This document shows, one piece after another, positions 42,557 to 52,232 of a stretch of 64,000 bases of DNA; position 1 is the first letter of the stretch, and each line of letters starts with the position of its first letter. Below the pieces are notes generated by a model, which saw only the letters and a list, made by a program, of their open reading frames with translations, was not told the origin of the DNA and searched no databases. Origin of the DNA: an uncultured Solirubrobacteraceae bacterium (GTDB taxonomy: Bacteria > Actinomycetota > Thermoleophilia > Solirubrobacterales > Solirubrobacteraceae). The translations under genes and the position numbers were made by a program. The DNA lies in the NCBI GenBank assembly GCA_963759945.1, contig CAVXBH010000014.1, positions 88,884 to 152,883 of the forward strand, written 5' to 3'.

Positions 42557-43108
42557 GTGCCCGACGAGGTCGTTTGGCATGATGTGGCGGTGCCTCCCCC
42601 TCGCAAAGCAGCAGCTGACCAAGGACTGTCCCTCGAGCGAGCGTTCGGCGCCTTCGAGGCGGACGTCCGGGCCTCACTGGAGCAGGAGGCGCGGCGATCG
42701 GTCGACGAAGCGCTGCAACGAATCTCTCACTCCGGCGGGCCCTACCGCATCACCTCGTTTGAGTTCGACATCGTGATCCGCGATGTGAACGTGTCCCTCA
42801 GCACGACGCAGGGCTCTCAGGCGGAGCACACCGCGGCGCCCCGGCGACGCGCAAAGCGCAAACCGGCGGCTCGTCCCGCCGGCGCTACCGGGCGGCCTCC
42901 AGGGCCTGTTCGCACCGCGCTTACCGAGATCTTCGCTTCAGCGGACTCCGAACTCACCACGGACGACATTCGCGAGCAGCTTGACCAGCGGGGCGTCGAG
43001 ACCACGAGCGACAACCTCAATCAACAGCTGCGGCGGCTCAGCGCGAGCGGCACGCTCGAGCGGGTGGGACGTGGCTCCTATCGCCGGTCAGCTCAGTCCA
43101 CGACTTAG
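42557..43108 (+). CDS. hypothetical protein with C-terminal winged-helix-like segment
   Basis: LTTDDIREQLDQRGVETTSDNLNQQLRRLSASGTLERVGRGSYRR. Confidence 0.45.
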   Translation: MPDEVVWHDVAVPPPRKAAADQGLSLERAFGAFEADVRASLEQEARRSVDEALQRISHSGGPYRITSFEFDIVIRDVNVSLSTTQGSQAEHTAAPRRRAKRKPAARPAGATGRPPGPVRTALTEIFASADSELTTDDIREQLDQRGVETTSDNLNQQLRRLSASGTLERVGRGSYRRSAQSTT

Positions 43109-43182
43109 CTCCGCGACGAAGACCGAAATCGCTGTCGCTGGACAACCCGTTCGTCTTCACGAATCGTGGTCGCGTCAGCGAC

Positions 43183-43785
43183 TCAACCAAGCTGCCCATG
43201 AGAAGGACACGCCTGACGCGGTCGGAGCCTGCCCGTCCGCGGCGACGCGGCCACGAGCCGCAACTGCCCGATCGCAAGTCGTCGTACGAACTCCTGCCCC
43301 TGCGCCAGCGTCGCATCCAGATCCACAGGATCGACCCCACTGACCGAAGCGCGCAGGAAGCTGTCCTCGCTCCTGATCCTCACGCACACGAGCTCGCGGC
43401 CCTCTGCATGCTCAACCAGCGACACCAGCTCAGACACGGTCACCGTCAGGCGGCCCCCGGATCGGTCGCTGTAGACGCCGACGAGTTCCGTGCTTGTGCG
43501 ATCTAGCGTCATCCGCACCTTCCAGTCCCGCTCCTGGAGCGACTGGCCGGCAACGGGACGTAGATCGCGAAGCTCCATGTAGCTAAGAGCCACAACTCGC
43601 GAACTTGTGACGAGCGCAATGAGATCCGCGCATGAGCGGGCCGTCCCAGCGGGATGCAACACCCGAAGACCAGACGGCCGGCGGCGCTCAGAACGGGGCG
43701 ACTGACTCAGCCGGAAAGTTCGGCCTATCGCATCGCCGCGCGTCATCTCCAATGCGTTCAGCCGGGTCCGGGCTTGGGCGAGCAC
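43183..43785 (-). CDS. hypothetical protein (start uncertain)
   Basis: ORF only; convergent with 42557..43108. Confidence 0.3.
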   Translation of the reverse strand: MLAQARTRLNALEMTRGDAIGRTFRLSQSPRSERRRPSGLRVLHPAGTARSCADLIALVTSSRVVALSYMELRDLRPVAGQSLQERDWKVRMTLDRTSTELVGVYSDRSGGRLTVTVSELVSLVEHAEGRELVCVRIRSEDSFLRASVSGVDPVDLDATLAQGQEFVRRLAIGQLRLVAASPRTGRLRPRQACPSHGQLG

Positions 43786-43822
43786 ACGGAGCGCGCCGCC
43801 GCGTCAGGTGCCCGTCGGTGCC

Positions 43823-44338
43823 TCATCGGCTCGGTGTCCACCCTCGGCGCTGGGCGTATCGCACCTCCCTTCGATGACTCGCGAAACACTCGGCGAGCTC
43901 AGCCGGAACCATCGGACCGCTTCCCCGAAGGTGCGGCCAGTAGGCCATGGCGTCCAAGACCTTCCGACCCAGACGGAGCCGACGGTGCTGCGCGACCGCG
44001 CGCGACCATTGACAGCGGGCATTCGCTTCCAGCACCGGCCCGATGTGGGCCACCGGGACTTCTCCCGCTTCCTCCCACCGAATGCCGTTGAAATTCCCGC
44101 CAGACGGAAGCGGCAGGTGAAGCTGGAGCCGCTCGGTGAGTTGTCGCGCTTGTCTCGCACTCAGCACGGCCGGGCCCCAGGAACTCGGCACGTAGTTCCC
44201 CCGAGCTTTCGCCAGCGCCATGACACCCGGCCGCCCCGGACCAGCGGCTGACGCCGGTGGTTGGGACGGCCCAAGCCCCAAGGCGCCGGTGATGCCGAGC
44301 GCCACCAGGGCGCTCGGCATCACCAGGCGGCGGGTCAT
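43823..44338 (-). CDS. secreted hypothetical protein
   Basis: MTRRLVMPSALVALGITGALGLG signal. The ATG overlaps the upstream stop. Confidence 0.45.
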   Translation of the reverse strand: MTRRLVMPSALVALGITGALGLGPSQPPASAAGPGRPGVMALAKARGNYVPSSWGPAVLSARQARQLTERLQLHLPLPSGGNFNGIRWEEAGEVPVAHIGPVLEANARCQWSRAVAQHRRLRLGRKVLDAMAYWPHLRGSGPMVPAELAECFASHRREVRYAQRRGWTPSR

Positions 44339-44727
44339 CGCCGCAGTCGACCGTCGTGCGGATCCGTCGTGCCGTCCAGCGTCTTGCCTCGCAGCACGAA
44401 GCAATCTGTCGGCAACCCTCCTCCGAAAAGCTGGTGGAAGGTCGTGTCGCCGCCGCTGATCGTCGTGCTACCGCGCTGGGAGTAGTCGCTGCAACGGTTG
44501 GCAGACAGCACCGTGGTCTTCGTCAGGTTGGTGACCCAACGGAAGTCCGCTGACCCGTCGCCGTCGGAACTGATGTGGTAGTTCGTCCCGCCGCCGTAGG
44601 TCTTCCAGCTCTCATTGAGCGACCAGTTCGTAACGTCGGAGGTAAAGAACGCTTGCGCGGTCGGAGCGCCGATGCAGGTAGCGGCCAGCGCGACGCTGAC
44701 GGCTACGCGCCACAGGCGTCGATTCAT
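44335..44727 (-). CDS. small secreted hypothetical protein
   Basis: MNRRLWRVAVSVALAATCIGAPTAQA signal; beta-rich, 2 Cys. Confidence 0.5.
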   Translation of the reverse strand: MNRRLWRVAVSVALAATCIGAPTAQAFFTSDVTNWSLNESWKTYGGGTNYHISSDGDGSADFRWVTNLTKTTVLSANRCSDYSQRGSTTISGGDTTFHQLFGGGLPTDCFVLRGKTLDGTTDPHDGRLRR

Positions 44728-44875
44728 GATGGTTCCTCTCGTAGATGTCGGGAACCGGGCGCGCGCTCGGTGACCCTGAGAGCCACAAGTCGCTCGCCGT
44801 GTGACGAGCCGGTCTGCCTAACTGACCAAATCGACGCTCTGCTGGCGCGTCGAGGCTCTAGCCTCGCGGGGGCTG

Positions 44876-45475
44876 ATGCTCCTCGTGTTCGGCGTGTTGG
44901 GCGGCGATCGCTCGTGCCTGCTGGTCCGATCCCGCACGGACCCCGACGCCTACGCCGACTTCTACGACGCCTACGCCGACCGTCTGCTCGGCTACCTCGC
45001 TGCCCGAGTGCTCGATGTCGAGGTCGCACTTGACATCGCCTCCGAGTCGTTCGCCATCGCTCTGCAGCGACGGCACCAGTTCCGCGGGTCGACGCCCGAG
45101 GAGGAGCGGTCGTGGCTGTTCGCGATAGCGACCAGCGAGTTGACCCGCTACTGGCGTCAAGGCGGGATCGAGAGCCGCGCTCTCAACCGGATCGGGGTGT
45201 CCGTCGTCGGTCTCTCCGACCCCGCTCTGGAGCGCATCGAGGAGCGGCTCGGAGTGCTCGCCATAGCCGCGCAGCTGCGGGACCAACTCGATGGGCTCCC
45301 GGAGGAGCAGAGCCGCGCCGTCATCATGCGTGTCGTGGAGGAACGCTCCTACGAGGCACTGGCCGACGAGCTCGGCGTCACCGCGCAAGTCGCCAGAGCC
45401 CGGGTCTCGCGCGGGCTCCGAGCACTGGCGGCGGGGCTCAGGAAGCAGGGCATCGCCATGGAGGACGTCGCGTGA
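44876..45475 (+). CDS. ECF-type sigma-70 family factor (copy 1)
   Basis: Region 2 (FYDAYADRLLGYLAARV...SWLFAIATSEL) and region 4 (LPEEQSRAVIMRVVEERSYEALADELGVTAQVARARVSRGL). Confidence 0.8.
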   Translation: MLLVFGVLGGDRSCLLVRSRTDPDAYADFYDAYADRLLGYLAARVLDVEVALDIASESFAIALQRRHQFRGSTPEEERSWLFAIATSELTRYWRQGGIESRALNRIGVSVVGLSDPALERIEERLGVLAIAAQLRDQLDGLPEEQSRAVIMRVVEERSYEALADELGVTAQVARARVSRGLRALAAGLRKQGIAMEDVA

Positions 45476-46152
45476 GCGACCAGCAAGACCCGCACGTCCA
45501 GATGCGCGAGCGATTCCGCGAGGCCGCCGCGCGTCAGATCGAATCCGAGCAGAGCAAGCGCGGCCTGGGGCGCTTGAAGCATTTCCGCACGCTCGCCGTC
45601 CTGCTCGGCTTGGGAGTGACCGGCGCCGGCGCCGCGACGGCGGTCGAACTGATCTCCGTCGGCAAGGATCGACCGGACGTTGTCGAGGATCGGCCAGATC
45701 GCTACAGCCCGTCTACCGAGGAAGGGCCTGTGGTGGCCCTGACGGCTAACGACCCCGAGCAGAAACTCCCATGGGGAGTCGCGGTCTACGAATCGCCGGC
45801 GGGCGAGAACTGCGTGCTCGTCGGCCACGCGCTCGGTCCCAAGCTCGGTGAGATCAAAGACGGCGAATTCCGCCCATTCGAGCCGGGAACCGGGGGGCCT
45901 TGCGGCAACAATATGGAGCGGCCCCTCTTTCTCCAGAGTGGGCCGGTCGACGGCCGGTTCCTGATCTATGGTCGCGCGCGCGAAGACGTGGACACGCTCG
46001 AGATTCGTGCTGGTGCGCAGAGCTTCCGAGCCGACACGGGAACCGGCGGCGCGTTTCTTTTCGTCTTCGATGAGGAGCCTCGCCAACCACAGCTGCGCCT
46101 GTTCGACTTCCGCGGTCGCGAGATCCCGCTCACAGCAGCTCGCGACAGTTGA
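45472..46152 (+). CDS. single-pass membrane protein, putative anti-sigma factor
   Basis: GTGA overlap with the sigma stop. Cytoplasmic N-terminus, TM FRTLAVLLGLGVTGAGAATAV, extracytoplasmic domain. Confidence 0.55.
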   Translation: MSDQQDPHVQMRERFREAAARQIESEQSKRGLGRLKHFRTLAVLLGLGVTGAGAATAVELISVGKDRPDVVEDRPDRYSPSTEEGPVVALTANDPEQKLPWGVAVYESPAGENCVLVGHALGPKLGEIKDGEFRPFEPGTGGPCGNNMERPLFLQSGPVDGRFLIYGRAREDVDTLEIRAGAQSFRADTGTGGAFLFVFDEEPRQPQLRLFDFRGREIPLTAARDS

Positions 46153-46377
46153 CCGATCGCCCGCTGCGTAGCGGTTACGCGGTCTATCTCCCCGCCCATC
46201 CGCGGCCACCTGAAGACAGGACAATCGACGCGCTTAGCAGCCAGCGCGCGGAAGCCCTTATGTAACTGTCCTGACACATCGAACCGATTCGCGACAGAAT
46301 CCGGCCGCTCTGACCGTTGCGTTCCCAGAATAATCCGAGGCAACACAGGCTTCGGCGGCAACGAACGGAGAATCGAA

Positions 46378-47775
46378 ATGATCGGCTCGATAGCCAGAAC
46401 GGCAAAGCTCGCACCGCGGTTAGGGCGGTTGCTCTCGGCGTTGCTCATGCTTTGCGTCAGCGCGTTGATCGGAGCGGGGCAGGCGCGAGCGGTCGACCGG
46501 ACGCTTCTCGATTCGGGTTCGACGAGCCTGCCGGAGCCGATGGAGCGTCCGGCGCCCGAAGCGGCCGAAGTGCAGCTCACAATGGACGAAGCGCTCGACA
46601 AGGTTCCGGCGGAGGCCGTCGAGTCTTACGTCAAGCGGTTTGACGTGCCTTCGGCGGAAGCTGAGAGACGGATAGCCGTCCAGATCGTTTCGCCCGGCGT
46701 GCGGGAACGGCTTCGCGACAGTCTTGGGAACGGGCTAACCGACGTATGGTTCGACAACCGAGCGGGCGAGATCGTGGTCGCAACCACGAAGGATGTGGCG
46801 CCGGAGCGACTCGACGCCCTGATGGGTCAGCAACAACTAGCAGGCAGCTATCGAGTCGAGATCGCATCCTTCGAATTCGACGAAATGGTTGCAGTGGCCG
46901 AACGCCTTCGGATCGATCTGAGCGACCTCTTCGCTAAGGGTGACGTGATCGTCTCGTGGGGCGCCGGAAGGGTCGAGATCGAGCAGAGCGCGAGCATCGG
47001 AGCAGCCGACCTGAGAACCGTCGACGAGGCGGTGGCGGGCGCCCGCGAGCGCTCTTCGGTGACCATCACCCGCACCACCGGCCGCGACACCCTCGCCACG
47101 GTGCCCGCGCTCTCGTGCTCCTTCCCCTTCTGCGACCGTCTCCTCGGCGGCGTCAAGTGGGAGCCATCGACTCAGAACGGCTACTGCACGACCTCGGTTC
47201 CCGCTGACCTCGCCGGCTACCGCGTCCTCTTGACCGCTGGCCATTGTGTCTCCGCGTACGGCAACGGGCTAGCCGTCGGATCGAGGACCTCCCCCACGGG
47301 TGCTTACAAGCCGATCGGGAACATCTACCTCGGGTTCAACGACGCAAATGGGGATTGGGGGTGGATTCTGCCTTCATCGCCTTGGCCTTCGGCGTTTGGC
47401 TCCGGCCCGATTCTCGGCTGGTTCAATTGGCAACCGGCCCCCGCAACGAGTGAGAGCACGCAGTATGCACGCTTGACATCGACCGTCCCGTACGGATACG
47501 TCGTCTGTCATAACGGCGCGACCACCGGCACCAACTGCGGTTACGCCACGGGCGTAAGCGGCCCGTTTCAGTGGTCCGTAAGCCAGTTCAACTGCGGCGG
47601 CGACAGCGGCGGCGAGGTCCACCAGCCGGGTGGTGGCGCCGTCGGCATCGACGTCTTCAGAAACGACCCCTGGGGCAACCAGTGCGGCAACGAGATGGGA
47701 TTCACGACGCTCATGAGCATCAAGTCCTGGGCCAACTCGGCCGGCTATACGTTCACCATCCCGCTCGCGATCTGA
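46378..47775 (+). CDS. secreted S1-family (alpha-lytic/streptogrisin-like) serine protease with pro-region
   Basis: Signal peptide, LTAGHCV (His), CGGDSGG (Ser). Intact 465 aa. Confidence 0.85.
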   Translation: MIGSIARTAKLAPRLGRLLSALLMLCVSALIGAGQARAVDRTLLDSGSTSLPEPMERPAPEAAEVQLTMDEALDKVPAEAVESYVKRFDVPSAEAERRIAVQIVSPGVRERLRDSLGNGLTDVWFDNRAGEIVVATTKDVAPERLDALMGQQQLAGSYRVEIASFEFDEMVAVAERLRIDLSDLFAKGDVIVSWGAGRVEIEQSASIGAADLRTVDEAVAGARERSSVTITRTTGRDTLATVPALSCSFPFCDRLLGGVKWEPSTQNGYCTTSVPADLAGYRVLLTAGHCVSAYGNGLAVGSRTSPTGAYKPIGNIYLGFNDANGDWGWILPSSPWPSAFGSGPILGWFNWQPAPATSESTQYARLTSTVPYGYVVCHNGATTGTNCGYATGVSGPFQWSVSQFNCGGDSGGEVHQPGGGAVGIDVFRNDPWGNQCGNEMGFTTLMSIKSWANSAGYTFTIPLAI

Positions 47776-47951
47776 CCGATACGGCGCGCCTTCGCCCAAG
47801 CGGAGGCGCGCCGAAGGCGGTCGACCCGTAGGACTTGAGTTTGTGCGGTCGCGTCGTCCCCGACGCACGGGTTGCGGATCCGCCGCAACCATCTGACGAC
47901 CGAATTGTTTTAGCGAACGAACACGCATGCTCCATATGAAGGGAACTTCAG

Positions 47952-48440
47952 ATGACCGAACTGAACAAACGACGCCTCCAGCGCCTGGTTGTCGCCTCTG
48001 GCTTCGGGTTAGTACTCGCGGCTCCCGGACTGGCTAAGGGGACCGATCCGCCCGAGGCGCAGCCGGCCCAGGCCTCCCCGATGACCGTGGCATGGATGCC
48101 CTACTCGATCCTCGGCGAGAAGCCCAGGCGCCCCTCCAAAGACGCGCGCAAAATTCGCATTGTCTATGGCGTGGGCGGTTGCGTCGAAGCCGACGGCACC
48201 ACCACACAAGTGGAGGAACTCGACCACATCGCCGTGCAGCGGCGCACCGGGCACGTCACCATCACCGTGCACACTCGTTCCATTGAGCGACAAGGCCCGG
48301 CCGGTCCCTACGGCGATCTCTGCGCTGGCATTGGAATCAACAAGCAAGCGACTGTCTCAATGCGGGGCCGGCTCGGTAAGCGCGCCGTCCGGGACGGCCA
48401 CTTCACCCCGCCGCGGGTTGTATGGAAGGCGCGTCGCTGA
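47952..48440 (+). CDS. secreted hypothetical protein
   Basis: RRLQRLVVASGFGLVLAAPGLA signal. Confidence 0.45.
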   Translation: MTELNKRRLQRLVVASGFGLVLAAPGLAKGTDPPEAQPAQASPMTVAWMPYSILGEKPRRPSKDARKIRIVYGVGGCVEADGTTTQVEELDHIAVQRRTGHVTITVHTRSIERQGPAGPYGDLCAGIGINKQATVSMRGRLGKRAVRDGHFTPPRVVWKARR

Positions 48441-49327
48441 CCCGCGTCCTCCGCACCACGCTTGACAGCAGCCCCTAGCGCGTGGAAGAGCGGAGACTTC
48501 TAGCTCGCGCGGAGACCTCCCTCGACGAGCGCGCGCGGCGGCATCGCCATCGCCTGAAGGAGGGAGAGTCTCCTCGGTGAACACCCCAGGCATCCAGCTA
48601 GGAGACTTCGCCGTCACGGCAGGGAAGCCCCGGGGGATGGGACCTGAGGTGGCCTCAACTCGTGGCGCCGCTGCCGCAGACGATTCTCCGCCGCCGGAAG
48701 GCCCTCGTGCCAAGCATTCTCAGGTCACCCGCCTCGGACGTGCCGTCGACATCGCGGGGAAACGATCCGCGAGGTGCTTCCGTCTCATAGACCCCGTGCC
48801 GAAGCCACGCTCCGCCGCCGGGGGCTGGTTAGCCGGCCCAGATCGCGCCGGCCTGACGCTGCTCCTCTGGTCCGTCGCGCGAGTGCCCGGACGGCGCCAG
48901 GCTTCCTACCGGAACAGCCACCTCTCGGCCTCAGCCTCGAGCTCTTGGTCGTCGAGCGTGTCGGCCCCCTCCGCGGCCGGGTCAGGCGCTCCAACGCGCT
49001 CAGGCGATTCCTCGCCGCTGTCACAGTCACCGGCCGGGGCTCGTGCAGGCCTTTCTGCGCGCGCATTGGGTAGGGCTCCCCCCTGGGCGCCGCCGGCGGC
49101 ATGAACCGGACGGACACGCGGCACACCCACGTCCGACCGCGCGCTTCAGCCACGTGCGCCGCGGCTGCGGCGGCGAACGCCACCTGGGCGGACACGTATC
49201 CCAGGATCCGTGCCATCGCCTGGCGCCTCCCGCGGTCTGATTCAAGCGAACCCACCACCTCAAGCTCGGCGCCTTCTCCGCCGCGTTCGGCTCCGATGAC
49301 GGGACGCCCGCAACGTTCGCAGCGGTT

Positions 49328-49362
49328 TTCCCAACTGGTTGCACGCAGCCCGTGCATTACCG
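49328..49362 (+). promoter_or_regulatory. repeated 5' element TTCCCAACTG-N8-CAGCCCGTGCATTACCG, copy 1; ends 3 nt before an ATG
   Basis: The same two blocks with the same spacing occur at 61844-61878. In both copies an ATG follows after exactly 3 nt. Confidence 0.4.
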
Positions 49363-49620
49363 GATATGCGATGCCCTTTCGGCACGCGGGACGTGACCCA
49401 CTCCGGGTCGCTCACCGTCTGCGCCCCAGCTTCGGCTGGCGCGCACGCGACGCGCTCTTTTGAGCGTGAGAGCTCCGGGCTGGTTCAAGTCCACCGCGGG
49501 TCTTCTCCCCGCGTTCGTGCTCTCCCGTCGCCAGCGGTCCTGCGGCCCACCTCTGTGGTGGATCGCGTCTCGCGGACTGTCGGGTCCGCACGTCAGAACG
49601 CAAAACAACCAGAAGGAGAA

Positions 49621-50031
49621 GTGATCGCGGTGAACTCCGTGCAGCTGATCGGCAACCTCACCAAGGACCCCGAGTCCCGTGCCACCACCGGTGGCACGGA
49701 CGTGTGCTCGTTCCGCGTGGCGGTCAACAACCGCCGCAAGCAGGGCGAGAAGTGGGTCAACAAGCCCGGCTACTTCGACGTGACGGTGTTCGGCAACCTC
49801 GCCACCGTCTGCGCCGAGTACCTGGGCAAGGGCCGCAAGGTCGCCATCTCCGGTCGCCTGGACTACCAGGAGTGGACCACCGAGAACGACCAGAAGCGTT
49901 CCAAGGTCGAGGTGATCGCAAGCGAGGTCAGCTTCCTGTCCCCCGCCCCCGAGGCGAGCGACGAGGAGCCGGCGGCCGAGGAGACGACCAAGTCCAGCGG
50001 ACGCAAGTCCAAGGAGAAGGCCGCCGCCTAG
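49621..50031 (+). CDS. ssb: single-stranded DNA-binding protein, short, non-canonical basic C-terminus
   Basis: AGAAGGAGAA RBS then GTG. NSVQLIGNLTKDPE OB-fold text. Ends SGRKSKEKAAA. Confidence 0.85.
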   Translation: MIAVNSVQLIGNLTKDPESRATTGGTDVCSFRVAVNNRRKQGEKWVNKPGYFDVTVFGNLATVCAEYLGKGRKVAISGRLDYQEWTTENDQKRSKVEVIASEVSFLSPAPEASDEEPAAEETTKSSGRKSKEKAAA

Positions 50032-50044
50032 GCACTCGCGCCAC

Positions 50045-50080
50045 CGGCGGGTCCGCGGCTCTCACGAGTCGCGGGCCCGC
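50045..50080 (+). terminator. GC-rich hairpin after ssb copy 1
   Basis: GGCGGGTCCGCG-N12-CGCGGGCCCGCC, a 12-bp stem with one G.T pair and no U-tract. Confidence 0.4.
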
Positions 50081-50307
50081 CACCCACTTGCTCCCTCCAT
50101 CGCTTCAGACCGATGCCCCCACCCACGTCCAATCACCCCTGCCCGAGCGCCCGCACGACAGCTCTCGTCACAGCTTTCGCCGCTTCGGTCCCTCCTTCGC
50201 GTGCGACCGATGGCGGCACCGACACGTCGGCCGCAGAACAGCGGCTGCGAGCCAGCCACCATTCACTCACAATCGCCCGCCGGCTGAGGGCGCTGAAAGG
50301 AGGGCGG

Positions 50308-50688
50308 ATGAACTCCGTCCAGCTGATCGGGAACCTCACCCGCGACCCGGAGCTGCGCTCCACCAAGTCCGGCACAGCCGTGTGCGGTCTGCGCCTGGCC
50401 GTCAACGGCCGCCGCAAGACCAGCGACGGCGCCTGGGAGGAGGTGCCCAACTACTTCGACGTCAGCGCCTTCGGGCGGCTGGCCGAGACGTGCTCCGAGC
50501 ACCTCGAGAAGGGCCGCAAGGTCGCCATCACCGGCCGCCTCGAGTTCCGCGAGTGGACCACCGACGAAGACCAGAAGCGCTCGGCCGTCGAGGTCGTCGC
50601 CGGTACCGTCGACTTCCTCTCAAGCGGCGGCCAGATCATCGGCCTGCCCGCCGCGGAGGACGAGGAGTTCGAGCCGGCGCTCGCCTAG
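50308..50688 (+). CDS. ssb: single-stranded DNA-binding protein paralog
   Basis: GAAAGGAGGG RBS then ATG. MNSVQLIGNLTRDPELR. Ends AAEDEEFEPALA. Confidence 0.85.
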   Translation: MNSVQLIGNLTRDPELRSTKSGTAVCGLRLAVNGRRKTSDGAWEEVPNYFDVSAFGRLAETCSEHLEKGRKVAITGRLEFREWTTDEDQKRSAVEVVAGTVDFLSSGGQIIGLPAAEDEEFEPALA

Positions 50689-50817
50689 GCGAGCGCTCGC
50701 ACGTTCGCCCGGCGCGGACGCCCGGCGTCCCCATCTTGGCACCGCCTGGCGGCGGTGCGGTGGGGACCGCCCGGGCGGCCGCGGCCGGCGGCGCCCGCAG
50801 ACCAGGGAAGGAACCTG

Positions 50818-51150
50818 ATGCGCCCAGCCTCCATCGCCCAGCTCCAGCAGCTCGGCTACCCAATCGCCGACGACGGCATGATGCGGATGCCGCCCGCGCC
50901 GCGATGGCCTGTCGATCCGCCGCCGCTTGAGGAGCAGTTCGCCGCGCTGTTTTCGATGACCCCCGCCGAGCGCGTGGCGGCGATGTACCGCGGCGAGCTC
51001 ACCTACACCCAGCTGTGCAAGTGGGCGGCGCGCTATCCGAGCGAGCTGGCGCTCGTCGACGGCGAGTTCGTCTTCATCGCCGCCCAGCTGCCCGACTACG
51101 AGGACTCGCCCACCGTCCGCGTGAGCGTGCCGACCGCGCAGGCAGCTTGA
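50818..51150 (+). CDS. hypothetical protein
   Basis: GGAAGGA RBS 5 nt upstream of the ATG. The stop overlaps the primase ATG. Confidence 0.5.
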   Translation: MRPASIAQLQQLGYPIADDGMMRMPPAPRWPVDPPPLEEQFAALFSMTPAERVAAMYRGELTYTQLCKWAARYPSELALVDGEFVFIAAQLPDYEDSPTVRVSVPTAQAA

Positions 51151-52190
51151 TGAGTGGCCTCTCGCGCTACGGCACCCCGGGCGATGTCCGCAGCTTCTAT
51201 GCCCAACTGGGCGTCGAGCTGCCGGGCTGGTCACGGCGGGAGGCGCCGGTGCGGTGCTTCGCCGACCCCGAATCGCACGCCAGAGGTGACCGTGACCCAT
51301 CGTGCTCGGTGAACCTCGCTTCGGGCGCCTGGTCCTGCCACGGCTGCGGCTCAAGCGGCGGCGCCTACGACGCCGCACTGCTCCACGGCCGCAACGCGCG
51401 CGAGGCGATCGACCTGATGATCGACTGCGGCCTCACCCAACGCCGCGACCCCTCCCGGAACCGGACGGGCACTCCACGCACAGCCAGCCAACCCGCTCGC
51501 CGGCCACGCGGCGCGGCGATAACCCAGCCGCGATCCTCGAAATCCGCGCCCGGACCGCGGGCCTCCGAGCCCGAGCTCGCAGCGTGGGCTCGGCGGCTAC
51601 TCGGCGACCAGCCGCTGCTTGATCGCCTCGCGCGCGGGCGCGCGTGGAGCGAGGACGTCATCGAGCGCCACGGCGTCGGCTGGGACGGCACGCACATCAT
51701 CCTCCCCGTGCGCGACCTCGAGCGGCGCCTGGTCGCGGTGGCGCGCTACGCGCCGCCGTGGCTACGCGGCGATGAACCGAAGCTGCGAGCCCTGCCCGGC
51801 TCGCGCCAGTATCTATTTCCCTCCCCCGCCGCCCTCAAGGCGCCGACCATCTGGATCGTCGAGGGCCACCCCGACGCGCTCGCCGCCCTTTCAGTGGGCC
51901 TGCACGCGATGGCCGTGCCCGGCGTGTGGGGCTGGAGCTCGCGGTGGGCCCCGGTGCTTGCCGACCGTGACGTGATCGTCTGCATGGACTGCGACGCCGA
52001 AGGCCGACGGGCGGCGATGCGGATCTCCGCCGATCTGATCGCGCCGGCGCGCACTGTGCGGGTGCTCGACCTCGATCCCGACCGCGACGACGGCTACGAC
52101 CTCACCGACCTGATCCTCGAACTGCGCCAGGCAGGCCTGGCGCTCGGCACCGAACTGCCCAGGCGGGCGTTCTCCGTTGAGCCACGCTGA
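51150..52190 (+). CDS. mobile-element DNA primase-like protein (CHC2-like zinc finger plus TOPRIM)
   Basis: CFADPESH...CSVNLASGAWSCHGCGSSGG, then TOPRIM IWIVEGHPDALA and VCMDCDAEG. Intact. Confidence 0.7.
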   Translation: MSGLSRYGTPGDVRSFYAQLGVELPGWSRREAPVRCFADPESHARGDRDPSCSVNLASGAWSCHGCGSSGGAYDAALLHGRNAREAIDLMIDCGLTQRRDPSRNRTGTPRTASQPARRPRGAAITQPRSSKSAPGPRASEPELAAWARRLLGDQPLLDRLARGRAWSEDVIERHGVGWDGTHIILPVRDLERRLVAVARYAPPWLRGDEPKLRALPGSRQYLFPSPAALKAPTIWIVEGHPDALAALSVGLHAMAVPGVWGWSSRWAPVLADRDVIVCMDCDAEGRRAAMRISADLIAPARTVRVLDLDPDRDDGYDLTDLILELRQAGLALGTELPRRAFSVEPR

Positions 52191-52232
52191 CCGTCCCGGG
52201 CCGTCCCCGGCGGGTGGTAGCGTCGCGAGACC

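Noticed and set aside
49394-49505. tRNA on the plus strand, suggested by GGTTCAAGTCC
   Set aside because: The T stem has a C-C mismatch. The span is ~110 nt. No 7-nt anticodon loop forms (the GCTCT/AGAGC stem encloses 10 nt), and the acceptor has a mismatch.
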